NCBI GenBank assembly: GCA_964629685.1
Contig: CAZVTT010000001.1
Location: 176,627-240,626, forward strand
DNA from: an uncultured Gammaproteobacteria bacterium
Lineage (GTDB): Bacteria; Patescibacteriota; Microgenomatia; UBA10105; UBA927
Direction of reading: 5' to 3'
Length of the DNA stretch: 64,000 nucleotides
Of this stretch, positions 9,889 through 22,330 are shown piece by piece (position 1 is the stretch's first letter; each line of letters begins with the position of its first letter). The notes under the pieces were generated by a model. That model made no database searches and was not told where the DNA came from. It saw only the letters and a list, made by a program, of their open reading frames with translations. A program made the position numbers and the translations under genes.

Positions 9889-11369
9889 TCTGAAGTTTGA
9901 TTGAGTACACAATGAATAAGTGGAGTTATACGATTGAGTAAATTTTCCGCAATCAGATAATTACCTAAGCTTGTAGCATGGCCAAAATTCCCAGCGAATT
10001 TATCCGTAAAGAGCTCGTCATAGGTATATGCTTTTAACGCATCCTTGAATATCTGTTCATTATCTATAAGTAAACTCTTTGTAATATCTTCATGACAATG
10101 ATATTCATTCGTTACCTTATCGGCACCGATAATTGAAGCTAACTCATCTACCGGACGTAAGGGATACTGCATTGCAATATGAATAACCCCGTTATTCATC
10201 AATAAATCCTTAATACGGATATAATTCTCTGTAGTCTTCTCAAATATAATTTCACGTTCCGAAACTTCTAATATTCCAGAATCAGTAGCTTGCATTTCTA
10301 AATTGTGTAATTCTAGAATAATCTGCTTATTTTCAGGTTCCAATACCAACGCCTGAGAATACATCTTCTGAGCCTCGTTGTACTGATGTTTATCACGGGT
10401 TAAATTTGCCAACCGTACAATCCATGTCACCTCTTCTGGTCTTCTTTCCACAGCTTTCCGAAGGTAATATTCTGCTTCATCAATTCGTTTTTCTAAATAC
10501 AATAAGTACCCGTATTCTCCGGCAACCCAATCATCATCTGGCTTAAGATTCAAAGCTTTTTGATACATTAATTCGGACAAATTATATCTGTCGATGGTCC
10601 GATAAAAGTTACCTAGTTCAATGTATGAACGGTAATTTTCAGGATCTCTAGCCAAATAGATATCTATGGTATCTGATAATTCCTTCTCACGGCTTAGGAA
10701 GGACAAAATTGTCATTAAATTTAAGAGCGCTATTTTATTATTTTTATCTAATGACAATGCCCTTCTGACCAAGCGTTCGGCTTTAACAAAATTCTGTTTT
10801 TGAATTTCTGAACGTGTGGATGCATTCAACCAACTGATATCATCAGTAACATGAAGTTGATTAAATAATTCAATAAAATCGGACGCACTAAGGAATAGCA
10901 GACGGTATATTTTATAAAGCCTTAGGTGTTCAATCCACGTACCAGTTTGATTTACGACAATAAATTTTTTATCTATCAACCCAATGTCATAAGTATCATT
11001 TATTCCCATCATAGAAATAACAATCTGAGGCTGATACTTACGTAGTAAATCAGGCAATTTCTCGACTATCACGTCCGTTGTAGTCCCAATGATTCCTTCA
11101 TTTAGCACTTGAATTGAAATATTTCTGTCAACAAATGCTGATTGTAACAACAATTCCAATTGACTAGCATAAGAGTCTTTTCCACCAAGCGCCGTCGTTG
11201 ATTCTCCTACGGCTAAAATTGTGATATCGGTATTTTGTACAGATTTTGCCTGAGATATGTATTGAGCGTAAATCCTTAGTAAAATTTCAACCAGCAGAAG
11301 AGAAATAACAACGCTAGCTACTAACTGCGCGACAAATTTCACGTTAATCCGATTCTTATGTAATTTCAT
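9885..11369 (-). CDS. SGNH/GDSL-like protein with internal TPR repeats
   Basis: N-terminal TM; AVGESTT (block I), NEGIIG (II), MGIND (III), FGHATSLGN (V); TPR-like helices (YQKALNLKPDD, YSQALVLEPEN) between blocks III and V. Confidence 0.72.
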   Translation of the reverse strand: MKLHKNRINVKFVAQLVASVVISLLLVEILLRIYAQYISQAKSVQNTDITILAVGESTTALGGKDSYASQLELLLQSAFVDRNISIQVLNEGIIGTTTDVIVEKLPDLLRKYQPQIVISMMGINDTYDIGLIDKKFIVVNQTGTWIEHLRLYKIYRLLFLSASDFIELFNQLHVTDDISWLNASTRSEIQKQNFVKAERLVRRALSLDKNNKIALLNLMTILSFLSREKELSDTIDIYLARDPENYRSYIELGNFYRTIDRYNLSELMYQKALNLKPDDDWVAGEYGYLLYLEKRIDEAEYYLRKAVERRPEEVTWIVRLANLTRDKHQYNEAQKMYSQALVLEPENKQIILELHNLEMQATDSGILEVSEREIIFEKTTENYIRIKDLLMNNGVIHIAMQYPLRPVDELASIIGADKVTNEYHCHEDITKSLLIDNEQIFKDALKAYTYDELFTDKFAGNFGHATSLGNYLIAENLLNRITPLIHCVLNQTSD

Positions 11370-12050
11370 AGAATACTACGGGAAATGAAGCACATATTTA
11401 ATACATATGGCTTTTTTAAACCTCTACATTACTGTAAAAAGCCTAAACCGACACAATCATACGTCCTCCAAGTGATACTTATATTTATTCAGAAATAGAC
11501 TTGAACAGTGTACATATATGAAGTACCTTTCGGAATTATCTGAGGATATGCAAAATCAATCTTCTTACCATACAAGTGATGCTCATGATCTTCCTGACTT
11601 ACAACTATTCAAATTTAGAGCACTTGCTGCTACAACGCACAAGACGTTTAAACTATTTATATTTTGAATTACATATATCGGTACTTTTACTTTATCAAAG
11701 CATATCATGGGTAGGAATACGTATAAAAATTTCACATACTTCCCTTTTATTGCCAATAAATCACCAACGTACCTCAACAGATACCACCTGCGGAAAATCT
11801 TTATGTAAAATGCATGTATCTAAGTAATATCGTTTAAACAAGCAGTTCTCTGCATGCATTCTTGTAGTTTATATAATCAATACTATCTTCAACCAATTCC
11901 TGATAGAAACTGTTCATAAATCAAGCGAACGATTAGCTTGAAAGAAAAAATATAAGATTGGCTATTTATCAAACACTTTATATACATGCATCAAAACAAG
12001 AACACACAGTAAATTTGATAATTACTCTGAATTTATACTCTTATTCGTAA

Positions 12051-13232
12051 TCATTTCCCGAAAAATAGTACGGCTCTGAGAATTTCTGCCATTTCTTTAT
12101 AACCCGTTGAATTCATATGTTTAACAAACGCCTTCGGTTCTTCTTCTTCTGTTAGAAAAAAAGATTTTATCCGGCCGTCTATACTGGTCATTGACGCATC
12201 GACGGCTGATGCCGAAGACAACGGATTATCGCGCAAATCAATAACTGCAGGATCGTATTTATCTGCAAGTAAGGTATTTACATCAATAAAAGATTGATTA
12301 TTTCTGGAAAAAGCATCGTAGTACATTTTCCTGCGTTTCATCTCCCCCTCGTCATTGGACATACCATAGTTAAAAAAATGCTGAAACGGCATGAGGATTA
12401 TGTTCATAGTTCCCTTTTCCTGCTCAACTCGTTTTTGAATATCCGTTACGAAATAAACGGTCTTTTCTGCCATTTCCCGTTCAACTTCCTCTGAGAGGAC
12501 ATTACTGCATCCTGCTGTGGCAACCGCATCGCCACCCGGTACAAAACCGATTAAAAACAACACCATTCTTCCTATAAATGTTTGATTAACCCATGGTCCC
12601 ATATAGGTAAGCGCTTTCCCTTGGCGATACACATTATTCTTCCAGTGTGGCAGTTGTGTATATCCGCGGACACTATCCTTTCTGTAAAGGCAATAATCAT
12701 TTGCCTCGTCAAGGTCGTTTTCGTGCAGATTCCAGATAAATACGGCCGGATGGTACGTATTAACCAAACTGAGGGAATAATTATATATCTGATCAGCACC
12801 GTATCCAGGGACTCCGGCATTAATCACATTCACGTCCTGCCCGTTATCTAACAACATTTTCTCCAATTGAGCCGGGTACGATTCCAGATGGGTTGCACCG
12901 TGAGAGTATGTATAAGAATCTCCTACCATGACTATTACCTTCGTACCGCTTCCAATGTCATTATTCGCACGAAAATCAGGGCGGAATCCGAACTCATCCA
13001 CGGCCCAATCCTCCCGACTGGAGGTAGAATTATAGATATTCATATTACCGGGTATATCCGTTAACTTATATACTCTATCCTCGGATGGAATGAACATCCA
13101 TGTACGAATTTCCTGACCGATTGCGTCTTCAAAGGCCAAAGGGGGGAACCGTATCCGAAGAACTTTTCCAATACCTTCCACCAATACCAGCGAAAGAATA
13201 AAGGCCAGTAACAAGATGATCAATTTTTTCAT
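12051..13232 (-). CDS. Membrane-anchored SGNH/GDSL hydrolase or O-acetyltransferase
   Basis: MVGDSYTY, INAGVPGYG, HENDLDE, KHMNSTGY; N-terminal TM. Confidence 0.82.
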   Translation of the reverse strand: MKKLIILLLAFILSLVLVEGIGKVLRIRFPPLAFEDAIGQEIRTWMFIPSEDRVYKLTDIPGNMNIYNSTSSREDWAVDEFGFRPDFRANNDIGSGTKVIVMVGDSYTYSHGATHLESYPAQLEKMLLDNGQDVNVINAGVPGYGADQIYNYSLSLVNTYHPAVFIWNLHENDLDEANDYCLYRKDSVRGYTQLPHWKNNVYRQGKALTYMGPWVNQTFIGRMVLFLIGFVPGGDAVATAGCSNVLSEEVEREMAEKTVYFVTDIQKRVEQEKGTMNIILMPFQHFFNYGMSNDEGEMKRRKMYYDAFSRNNQSFIDVNTLLADKYDPAVIDLRDNPLSSASAVDASMTSIDGRIKSFFLTEEEEPKAFVKHMNSTGYKEMAEILRAVLFFGK

Positions 13233-13364
13233 TATTACAATCGCCTACATTCAATATATTTGCCTGGATATTTTATATAGTTTCGTGGTATAACCCAAAA
13301 CATATAATCATGATCCACGCAAAATGGACCTAGTATTTCCAGAAGACGGTCATAATATTCTATC

Positions 13365-14327
13365 ATGGCAAAAAAAATACCAAAATTCACCATCGGCGTG
13401 GTAATACCGACACTCTATCGTGACAGCAAAGTTGTATACCGCTGTTTACGTAGCCTGAAAAAATCATTAGCCGAAGTTAATTCAGAGATTATTCTCAACG
13501 TAGTAATCTATAACAATGAACACCCAAAGGAATCAATTCCGGGTCTGAATACACGCAAGAAGAAATCCCCCATCCACCTTTATTCACACGTTAATAAAGG
13601 CTTTGTAGGTGCGGTAAACGACAGTATTCAGGGATACTACACCAACTATCCGTGTGATTGGTATCTCATCATAAATAATGACACGGTAGTCCGGCAGGAT
13701 TTTTTCAAACGGTTTCTGCCGTACTTACGGAGCAAAACGAGTGTTATCAGCTGTCAGGTCTCAGACGGCAACCATTGCGAAAGCTCAGGATTACGGTATC
13801 GTAGGAATGGACTTGCATTTCCGGCAAAGGCGCGCTTATCGATGAATTCGGAAACCTCGTTAACAACGGGTACTTGTTTTTTTATTTCCCATCGGGAAGT
13901 AAAAAAACAGCTATCTCAATTCGGTTATGTTCTTCATCCGTTGTATTTCGCTTATGCTGAAGATCTGGAACTTTCACTAAGAGTGAGACAGACGGGAGGT
14001 ACAATTACTATTTTAAATTCTGAACTCATTACACACAGCGGATCACACACTGCCAAGCGCGGTTCAAAAATGCAACTTTACTATGGATATAGGAATTTAT
14101 TGTTAACAATTTGGCTGCACTGGCCTACCGAACTGGTATTTATGAATATTCATTATCTCCTCCAGGGGCAACTATACGTTTTGGGAATGCTGATATATAA
14201 ACAGTATTGGTTACTTTATCCGAAAATAATCTGGTACCTTATAAAGAACCGTAAGACGTTAAATTATTGCCGCACACAATACGCAGGGATTCGTAAAAAT
14301 AACCGTTTATCACAGTATTTAACATGA
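13365..14327 (+). CDS. Glycosyltransferase family 2
   Basis: VVIPT, NKGFVGAVN, INNDT, FAYAEDLELSLR. Confidence 0.88.
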   Translation: MAKKIPKFTIGVVIPTLYRDSKVVYRCLRSLKKSLAEVNSEIILNVVIYNNEHPKESIPGLNTRKKKSPIHLYSHVNKGFVGAVNDSIQGYYTNYPCDWYLIINNDTVVRQDFFKRFLPYLRSKTSVISCQVSDGNHCESSGLRYRRNGLAFPAKARLSMNSETSLTTGTCFFISHREVKKQLSQFGYVLHPLYFAYAEDLELSLRVRQTGGTITILNSELITHSGSHTAKRGSKMQLYYGYRNLLLTIWLHWPTELVFMNIHYLLQGQLYVLGMLIYKQYWLLYPKIIWYLIKNRKTLNYCRTQYAGIRKNNRLSQYLT

Positions 14328-15478
14328 TTCGCAATGCCCTTATTCTGATTCCCTTTAACGCAAAAATTGCCGATGGTTGTGATTACGCAATCCAAACTTT
14401 AAACATTCTCGGAAAAACAAATACCGTAATCGGAGTTGCCCTCGGTGATCCTATCTCATTATGGAAATCGTTTCCCGATGTAATTCGTAAAAGAAACCTT
14501 CTAATAACACATATATGGAATAGTCGTATTGTACGTCCTGTTTTTATTTTCCCGGGACAGAGGTTTTCATTTATTCAATCGCTCAACTACATTTTTTTTG
14601 CGATCTGTTTGAAGTTGTACATCTCCTATACCCAAACGGGAAAAAGGAAAATACTCTGGTTTTTCGAACCAACACACCTGGCAGATTATATAAAAATATT
14701 TAATTCGTATACATCCGTATATGATTGTGTAGACTATTTTGGAGCTAGCTACAAATCCGTCATAAGCGAAGAAAAATACATTCTTTCACATGCTTCTGTC
14801 GTTGTAACCAATTCCGCTACGCTTGGGAACAAACTTAGACAGGTCCGGCAAGACACGGAACAAGTCCAGCTGGGATTTGCGGAAGACGTTTTTAAAAAAG
14901 TACCAAAAATTCGTTCTCCGCATGTTTTTACGGTTGGATATGTTGGTGGAATAAACTATAGAATAAATTACTCTTTACTAATTTCAATCATTAGCGAACT
15001 TAAGGATGTCCACTTCCATTTCGTTGGCCCAATTCAGCAACAATTAATCCCTAATGAACCAAATTTTATGCCTTTATTTAACAAACTTCGTGCTTTTCCG
15101 AATGTCTCATGGGTACCGGGACAACATAAACACGAAATGCCTGCAATTATTTCAGGATTTGATATAGGTCTGATTCCATATGATTCCAAATTCCCCTTCA
15201 ATCGATATTGCTTTCCGATGAAAACAATGGAGTATTTTTTCCTGGGAAAACCAGTGATTGCTACCGGCGTACAAGAAGTAGTTAAGTATAAACCGTATGT
15301 ATTCATTCCTGGCAACAAGAAGTCGTTTGTCACCTTCATAAAAACCGTTCAAAAAAACGGGTGGCAATATTCGGGTGATCAAAAAAGAGTTGCTCTGTCC
15401 CATTCATGGCGAATAAAATTAGACTCCATTAGCAGTATAATCATGACAAAGTATCCGGCTTTTTACGATGGGAATTAA
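14324..15478 (+). CDS. Glycosyltransferase (GT-B, TuaH-like)
   Basis: YDCVDY, GYVGGINYRI, FDIGLIPY, PMKTMEYFFLGKPVI. Confidence 0.82.
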   Translation: MIRNALILIPFNAKIADGCDYAIQTLNILGKTNTVIGVALGDPISLWKSFPDVIRKRNLLITHIWNSRIVRPVFIFPGQRFSFIQSLNYIFFAICLKLYISYTQTGKRKILWFFEPTHLADYIKIFNSYTSVYDCVDYFGASYKSVISEEKYILSHASVVVTNSATLGNKLRQVRQDTEQVQLGFAEDVFKKVPKIRSPHVFTVGYVGGINYRINYSLLISIISELKDVHFHFVGPIQQQLIPNEPNFMPLFNKLRAFPNVSWVPGQHKHEMPAIISGFDIGLIPYDSKFPFNRYCFPMKTMEYFFLGKPVIATGVQEVVKYKPYVFIPGNKKSFVTFIKTVQKNGWQYSGDQKRVALSHSWRIKLDSISSIIMTKYPAFYDGN

Positions 15479-16721
15479 GCACCCAGATTACAGCAAACAA
15501 ACACGCCAAAAAGTGAATAAGATAACTCCCCGTCATCATCCCGACAACTCCTTCAAGACCGTTCCCGGGAATAAGCTGAAATCCCAGTATTAACTTCGCA
15601 ACTAATGTCAGCAGCATTAATAAAAACGTTAATGAAACATAGCCGTAAAAATCCAAAAAGTGACGTAGTGGGAAGATAAACACACTTTGAAATAATTTAA
15701 GTAATAAAAAAATACCTATTAACGGTTCGATCACACCGAATCCCTTACCCAAGAATGCTGTAACCAATATATGCCGTAGACTATACAGAGTATATCCGGC
15801 CATTGCGCCCACGACGAGCATTATTACCATGATACGTTTCGTAAATTGCAGGCCTTTTCTCAAATCGTTATTATGTTCGGCTATAAAACTGTGGAACAAG
15901 TTTAAAAACGGAAGAAATAGTATATCCAGACTATCTATAATAGTCGTAATTCCTGCCAGCATACCGACAGAATGGTTATTTGCAAAGCGGTTCAGTAACA
16001 AAACATCAAGGCTGGCATAGAAAACATACAGTACAAATGAACCAGACATCGGGAGAGAGTACCGGAAGTAATCTCCGATTAATCGCGCAGGAAGCGATAT
16101 TTTAACCTTCCGGATATTTCCTGCAATTCTAACGGCTAATATAAAAGCAACAATTACTGCTGCCAGAACTATGTGAAAAACCAATGAATCTGGCGACACC
16201 AACCCAAACGATAATATACCAAGTAACAAAACCAATCTGGTTAGTGGAAGCAAGATATAACTCCCTATACCATAGGCAACAATATACCGATTTGCGTTTA
16301 AGTAACCCAGAAAAAGTTCAATGTAGGCAAATACGGGAAGGAACAGTATAACATGGTTAAGTTCATCGGATGCGGACAGTACGGTACCGGTCACCAATCC
16401 AATAATGTTCGGGATAAAGAAAAAGCAGATAATCAAAATACCGGACAATACTAAAGAAACCAGAAGTGTAAGTACCAATAGGCTTACGGAAACCGTATGC
16501 TTGTCATCTATCTTTGCAATACTCGAAAATCTTACCAAAGACGTCTGGAATCCCAATAATGTCACGGAAGACAAAACCGTAAATGTGCTTAGGGCTACTT
16601 CAACCGTACCCAGCATTTCTATACCCAATCGGGCAAGCAAAGCCTTCCAGAAAAGGCTTAATATCTTCCCGAAAACCATACAGAGGATCACTATTCCCCC
16701 GCTACGCAAGTACGCTTTCAT
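15441..16721 (-). CDS. Wzx-type polysaccharide flippase
   Basis: ~12 TM; ARLGIEMLG, LDVLLLNRF..VGM MOP-flippase pattern. Confidence 0.78.
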   Translation of the reverse strand: MKAYLRSGGIVILCMVFGKILSLFWKALLARLGIEMLGTVEVALSTFTVLSSVTLLGFQTSLVRFSSIAKIDDKHTVSVSLLVLTLLVSLVLSGILIICFFFIPNIIGLVTGTVLSASDELNHVILFLPVFAYIELFLGYLNANRYIVAYGIGSYILLPLTRLVLLLGILSFGLVSPDSLVFHIVLAAVIVAFILAVRIAGNIRKVKISLPARLIGDYFRYSLPMSGSFVLYVFYASLDVLLLNRFANNHSVGMLAGITTIIDSLDILFLPFLNLFHSFIAEHNNDLRKGLQFTKRIMVIMLVVGAMAGYTLYSLRHILVTAFLGKGFGVIEPLIGIFLLLKLFQSVFIFPLRHFLDFYGYVSLTFLLMLLTLVAKLILGFQLIPGNGLEGVVGMMTGSYLIHFLACLFAVIWVLNSHRKKPDTLS

Positions 16722-16791
16722 AATCGTTTAACCTCTAAAATTCCGGCTTACACTTCTGGAATACACCCGAAGCCTTTTTAAATCCGTAAAA

Positions 16792-17973
16792 CTAAAAATC
16801 AGGACAATCTTTAAACACTTTTTGTAATGCTGCCGCTCGGTATTCCTCCCCAAGTGTTAATGTGGTAATTCTTGCATTCTCTGATAATCGTAAATAGTCT
16901 CGATAATTATATTTCTTAATAACCGTTTTCAGGCATTGTGTAAGAGCAAAACTACTCACGGTTTTAATTTCATAGCCGTTATTTCCGTTTCGCAAGACGT
17001 CCATCGTTCCGCCCCGCGCAAACGCGATTATAGGGGTTCCACAGGATAATGACTCTATTACCACGTTTGCAAAGGGCTCTTCCCAAACGGAGGGGAAAAT
17101 GCAAAACGTCGCAGACTGATATTGTTTATATAGTCGATCATACCTAACTTTACCAACGATTCTCACATTATCAAATTTTTGCAATGACAGAACCTTCTTT
17201 TCCAGCTCTTCCTTTATCTTGTAATAATATGGCAAATGACTCCAGAGATCAGCGGATCCGCAGATAGTAAACGAGACCTTATTCCCGAAAGATTCGTTTA
17301 TGGACGTTATTGTTTCCGCTAACAGGTCGACTCCCTTTTCATACGCCCATGTTCCTACAAACAAAAAATTAAGTGTTTTCGGAAGTAACTTTTTTTTGTA
17401 GGGAAACATTGTTTTATCAACTGAATTATAGATTACATATATTCGACATGCCTGTAAGAATGGGTATTTATTTACCATTTGTTTCCTAAAATTTTTGGAA
17501 GGAAAAACCAACCTAATCTTTTTAAGCGTTTCCGGAAACAACCGTAATAACTCGACATCCTCATTGTCGTTCTGAAGAGATAACACGGTTCTCTCTGCGG
17601 CAAACAACGCAACGCACGGGACATCGCTGACGTAAAGCACATCACTTGTTCTCGTTAAAGCGTAAAATCGTAAACTTAACAGTAAATCGCTCAGCAGAGT
17701 TAAATACTTCAACACCCGGCGGGCTACTTTCGGTAGGAACGGCAGACGAGATAACGTAAGTACTCCGACTAAATTCAGCAAGAAATGCGGATAGCTGATT
17801 TGTGATAAGGGTACTCCGGTCTGAGAAACTGCCTTCGCTGTCGTATAACCGCGGACTAATTGTCTTTGTTTTTCTAACGAAGCCAGATCTTTAAGAAACG
17901 CCCGTTCACACCCTGCAGTATAAGCAGTGTTTAATACAACGACACTTGGTTTCAGCAACATGGATACCGTCAT
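16792..17973 (-). CDS. Glycosyltransferase family 4
   Basis: FVGTWAYEKG; PSVWEEPFANVVIESLSCGTPII. Confidence 0.88.
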   Translation of the reverse strand: MTVSMLLKPSVVVLNTAYTAGCERAFLKDLASLEKQRQLVRGYTTAKAVSQTGVPLSQISYPHFLLNLVGVLTLSRLPFLPKVARRVLKYLTLLSDLLLSLRFYALTRTSDVLYVSDVPCVALFAAERTVLSLQNDNEDVELLRLFPETLKKIRLVFPSKNFRKQMVNKYPFLQACRIYVIYNSVDKTMFPYKKKLLPKTLNFLFVGTWAYEKGVDLLAETITSINESFGNKVSFTICGSADLWSHLPYYYKIKEELEKKVLSLQKFDNVRIVGKVRYDRLYKQYQSATFCIFPSVWEEPFANVVIESLSCGTPIIAFARGGTMDVLRNGNNGYEIKTVSSFALTQCLKTVIKKYNYRDYLRLSENARITTLTLGEEYRAAALQKVFKDCPDF

Positions 17974-17993
17974 AAAGTCTTAATACTGCCAAA

Positions 17994-19733
<1,740 letters not shown>

Positions 19734-19907
19734 TTAAATACGGACTATATATTATTTTGAAAAAAAATTTACGGTATAAACAATAAATACCGGTTATTGC
19801 ATTTTTTACTGATAGGAGACAAAATAGTACTTTTCATACATTCAGAATTTAATTCTGCGCAATTGCAAAAGCATTTGGCATTACAAACTCGCTACTTATA
19901 CTTGAAC

Positions 19908-21125
19908 CTATTTACTCTTGAGAATAGCCTCAGAAGTATGTAAGATTACGTCATTATAGAAATTTTCAGTCTGTTTTGCTACCGAAGAAATCCTAAACAT
20001 GTTTCTCCAAATCCTGTTGTTTTTCTCCATCTTCATTCTTTCGTCTGCCTTATAAATCAGCCTAAATATGGCATTCGCGCATTGCCGGACATTCCCGGGC
20101 TCATAAAGCATACCGTTCTTCCCCGATATGATAAATTCCGGTATACCTCCCGCATGACCAACTACTACGGCTTTCCCCCAACGAATTGCATCCAATATTG
20201 CCATGGGCTGATTTTCGAACGGAGATGTCGAGGCGACATAGATCATTGCTTTCCGATACAGCATATCCAGTTCAGTCTGCGTTTTCTGAGGTAAAATACG
20301 TATGTTTTTTTGTAATTTATTTTGTAAAATATATGAATTTAAATACGTTCTGTAACTTACCATTTTACCGTCTATAATCATTTCCGTATCTCCTCCTGCA
20401 ATAATAAACTTCAACTTTGGATAACGCCGGAAGATTGGGATACACGATCGGATTAAGAACTCAATTCCCTTCCCCTTTTCTAGGCCTCCCACTGTTAAAA
20501 GGTAGTCGGAGCTTGCTCTCCCAGGCGTAATGCGCGGAATAGTAATACCATTTGGGATGATTGCGTGAGGTATTTTCGTTAATGTGCGTAAGGCAAGAAG
20601 TAACCGATGTGTAGACAACATAAACCGCGTTGGTGCTGTTATACCGCTACAGACTAAAAGAGAGCACATTTCAAAAAAATGAACCAGTAGATGATCAAGT
20701 GTAACCGGCAAGTCATTATCAGCTCGGTATTGCAACCATGATTTATGTAACCTTACGACAGTTTTCGACTTAATGATGCAGGAAACAAACAGACAGCTTG
20801 ACCCACTCTCGGAAGTCTCAATTATTTGAAATGGTCCATGAGTTTTCACAAAATGATACACGCCAATCATCCATTTGATCCTATCTAATGTATAAGGGAA
20901 TAATGTATTCAATAATCCCTCTCCGGGAATTCTCCGTTTAAAATAAGCCAGCGTGTAGAATGATACGCCCTTTATATTTCTGTGTGTATCTGAATCGCCT
21001 CTCGCTAAAACAACCACTTCATGTTTTCTGTGCCGCATCTCTTTAGCTAACACCATTGTGTATGTCGTAATCCCGCTTGTTCTTTTACTGGGATACTCCA
21101 GAGGTATAATGTATAACAGCTTCAT
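19908..21125 (-). CDS. Glycosyltransferase family 4
   Basis: IIPNGI, TVGGLEKGKG, FENQPMAILDA..GGIPE. Confidence 0.85.
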   Translation of the reverse strand: MKLLYIIPLEYPSKRTSGITTYTMVLAKEMRHRKHEVVVLARGDSDTHRNIKGVSFYTLAYFKRRIPGEGLLNTLFPYTLDRIKWMIGVYHFVKTHGPFQIIETSESGSSCLFVSCIIKSKTVVRLHKSWLQYRADNDLPVTLDHLLVHFFEMCSLLVCSGITAPTRFMLSTHRLLLALRTLTKIPHAIIPNGITIPRITPGRASSDYLLTVGGLEKGKGIEFLIRSCIPIFRRYPKLKFIIAGGDTEMIIDGKMVSYRTYLNSYILQNKLQKNIRILPQKTQTELDMLYRKAMIYVASTSPFENQPMAILDAIRWGKAVVVGHAGGIPEFIISGKNGMLYEPGNVRQCANAIFRLIYKADERMKMEKNNRIWRNMFRISSVAKQTENFYNDVILHTSEAILKSK

Positions 21126-21293
21126 AAACGTATTATTACTTCAATATTTTATATAAAATGTTAACCGATATACGTGGTAAACAAATGCGGTACTGTTATA
21201 TCACAAAATATATTAATATGGGATATAATCCTTTACTTACTCAATAAAACGAACCGCTAATACGCGTGAGTGATTAGACAACTATAGGACTGT

Positions 21294-22325
21294 ATGAAAA
21301 ATATCATTATTATAGGCTCAGGCAAACGCGTTCAGCATACTATTCTGCCCGCATTAGCCTGTCTTCCTCAGAAAGTCTTTATAACAGATATTTTAGGAAA
21401 ATCATCCAAAACAATCAGCAGTCCATTCGGCAAACTCAAAGTCCGCCCTATTGAAGATTTACCGTCAATAGATACCGAATTAACGGATACCATTATCATC
21501 GCTATTACCACAGAACACGTTCCGACAGTACTTAAAACATTAAGCCACATGGACGTAAAGCGCATCACTCTTTTTCTTGACACGCCTGTTTTCCTACCCA
21601 ATCATATCTACGCCAAATCATATGTAACAAAATTCAAAAACGTGTATGTAACAGAAGATATTGTAAAACTCTCTTTACTGACGATTGCTAAAAATGTAAT
21701 ACTTCAGAATAAAATAGGTGAAATACGGCACATCATCCTCTGGCATTCCGGATATAGACATCATGCACTCGCTTTCCTCAGAAGACTTTTATCCCAACCC
21801 TACATACGGCGAATTCGCAGGAAAAAATACAATGATTCTGTAGCTGAAACGTTCATCACGTTCCCCAATGGTATAACAGCTGCAATACTAGAACCGCGGG
21901 ATTATTCCGTTGGCAGGCTGCTGATAATTGGAGAAAAGGGAGCCATCGCAAATTATCCGTTAACAACCGATAATTCGATTGAAATTAAAATCATCGTTAA
22001 GAACAAATCTTATCAGGGGGTTAGCGTTACGAACACGGAACAAACGTACTTATTCAAAAAACCAAATAATTCAGACTTTAATTCAGTATTTATGGCAAAT
22101 GACACAATGGGCATGATGAAAATTGAAGCGTTAGCCTGCCTTTTCACCAGCTATATGTATGACAAACATGAAGAGCTATACTCACTTGGGGATGGTCTAT
22201 ACGATATGATGGCCACATATGCAGTACAAAAATATTCACACTTTTTTGATATAAAATTACCGTTTACGAACACTTCGCTAGTCCAGGCTGTGCTTACAAA
22301 AAACACACAGCCGGCAAAACGCTGA
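21294..22325 (+). CDS. Divergent Gfo/Idh/MocA-like NAD(P)-dependent oxidoreductase
   Basis: IIIIGSGKR Rossmann start; DTP in place of EKP; IGEIRHI. Confidence 0.55.
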   Translation: MKNIIIIGSGKRVQHTILPALACLPQKVFITDILGKSSKTISSPFGKLKVRPIEDLPSIDTELTDTIIIAITTEHVPTVLKTLSHMDVKRITLFLDTPVFLPNHIYAKSYVTKFKNVYVTEDIVKLSLLTIAKNVILQNKIGEIRHIILWHSGYRHHALAFLRRLLSQPYIRRIRRKKYNDSVAETFITFPNGITAAILEPRDYSVGRLLIIGEKGAIANYPLTTDNSIEIKIIVKNKSYQGVSVTNTEQTYLFKKPNNSDFNSVFMANDTMGMMKIEALACLFTSYMYDKHEELYSLGDGLYDMMATYAVQKYSHFFDIKLPFTNTSLVQAVLTKNTQPAKR

Positions 22326-22330
22326 TCACA

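Noticed and set aside
11576-11827. Short ORFs on both strands in the AT-rich gap
   Set aside because: No recognisable motif, mutually overlapping, weak starts
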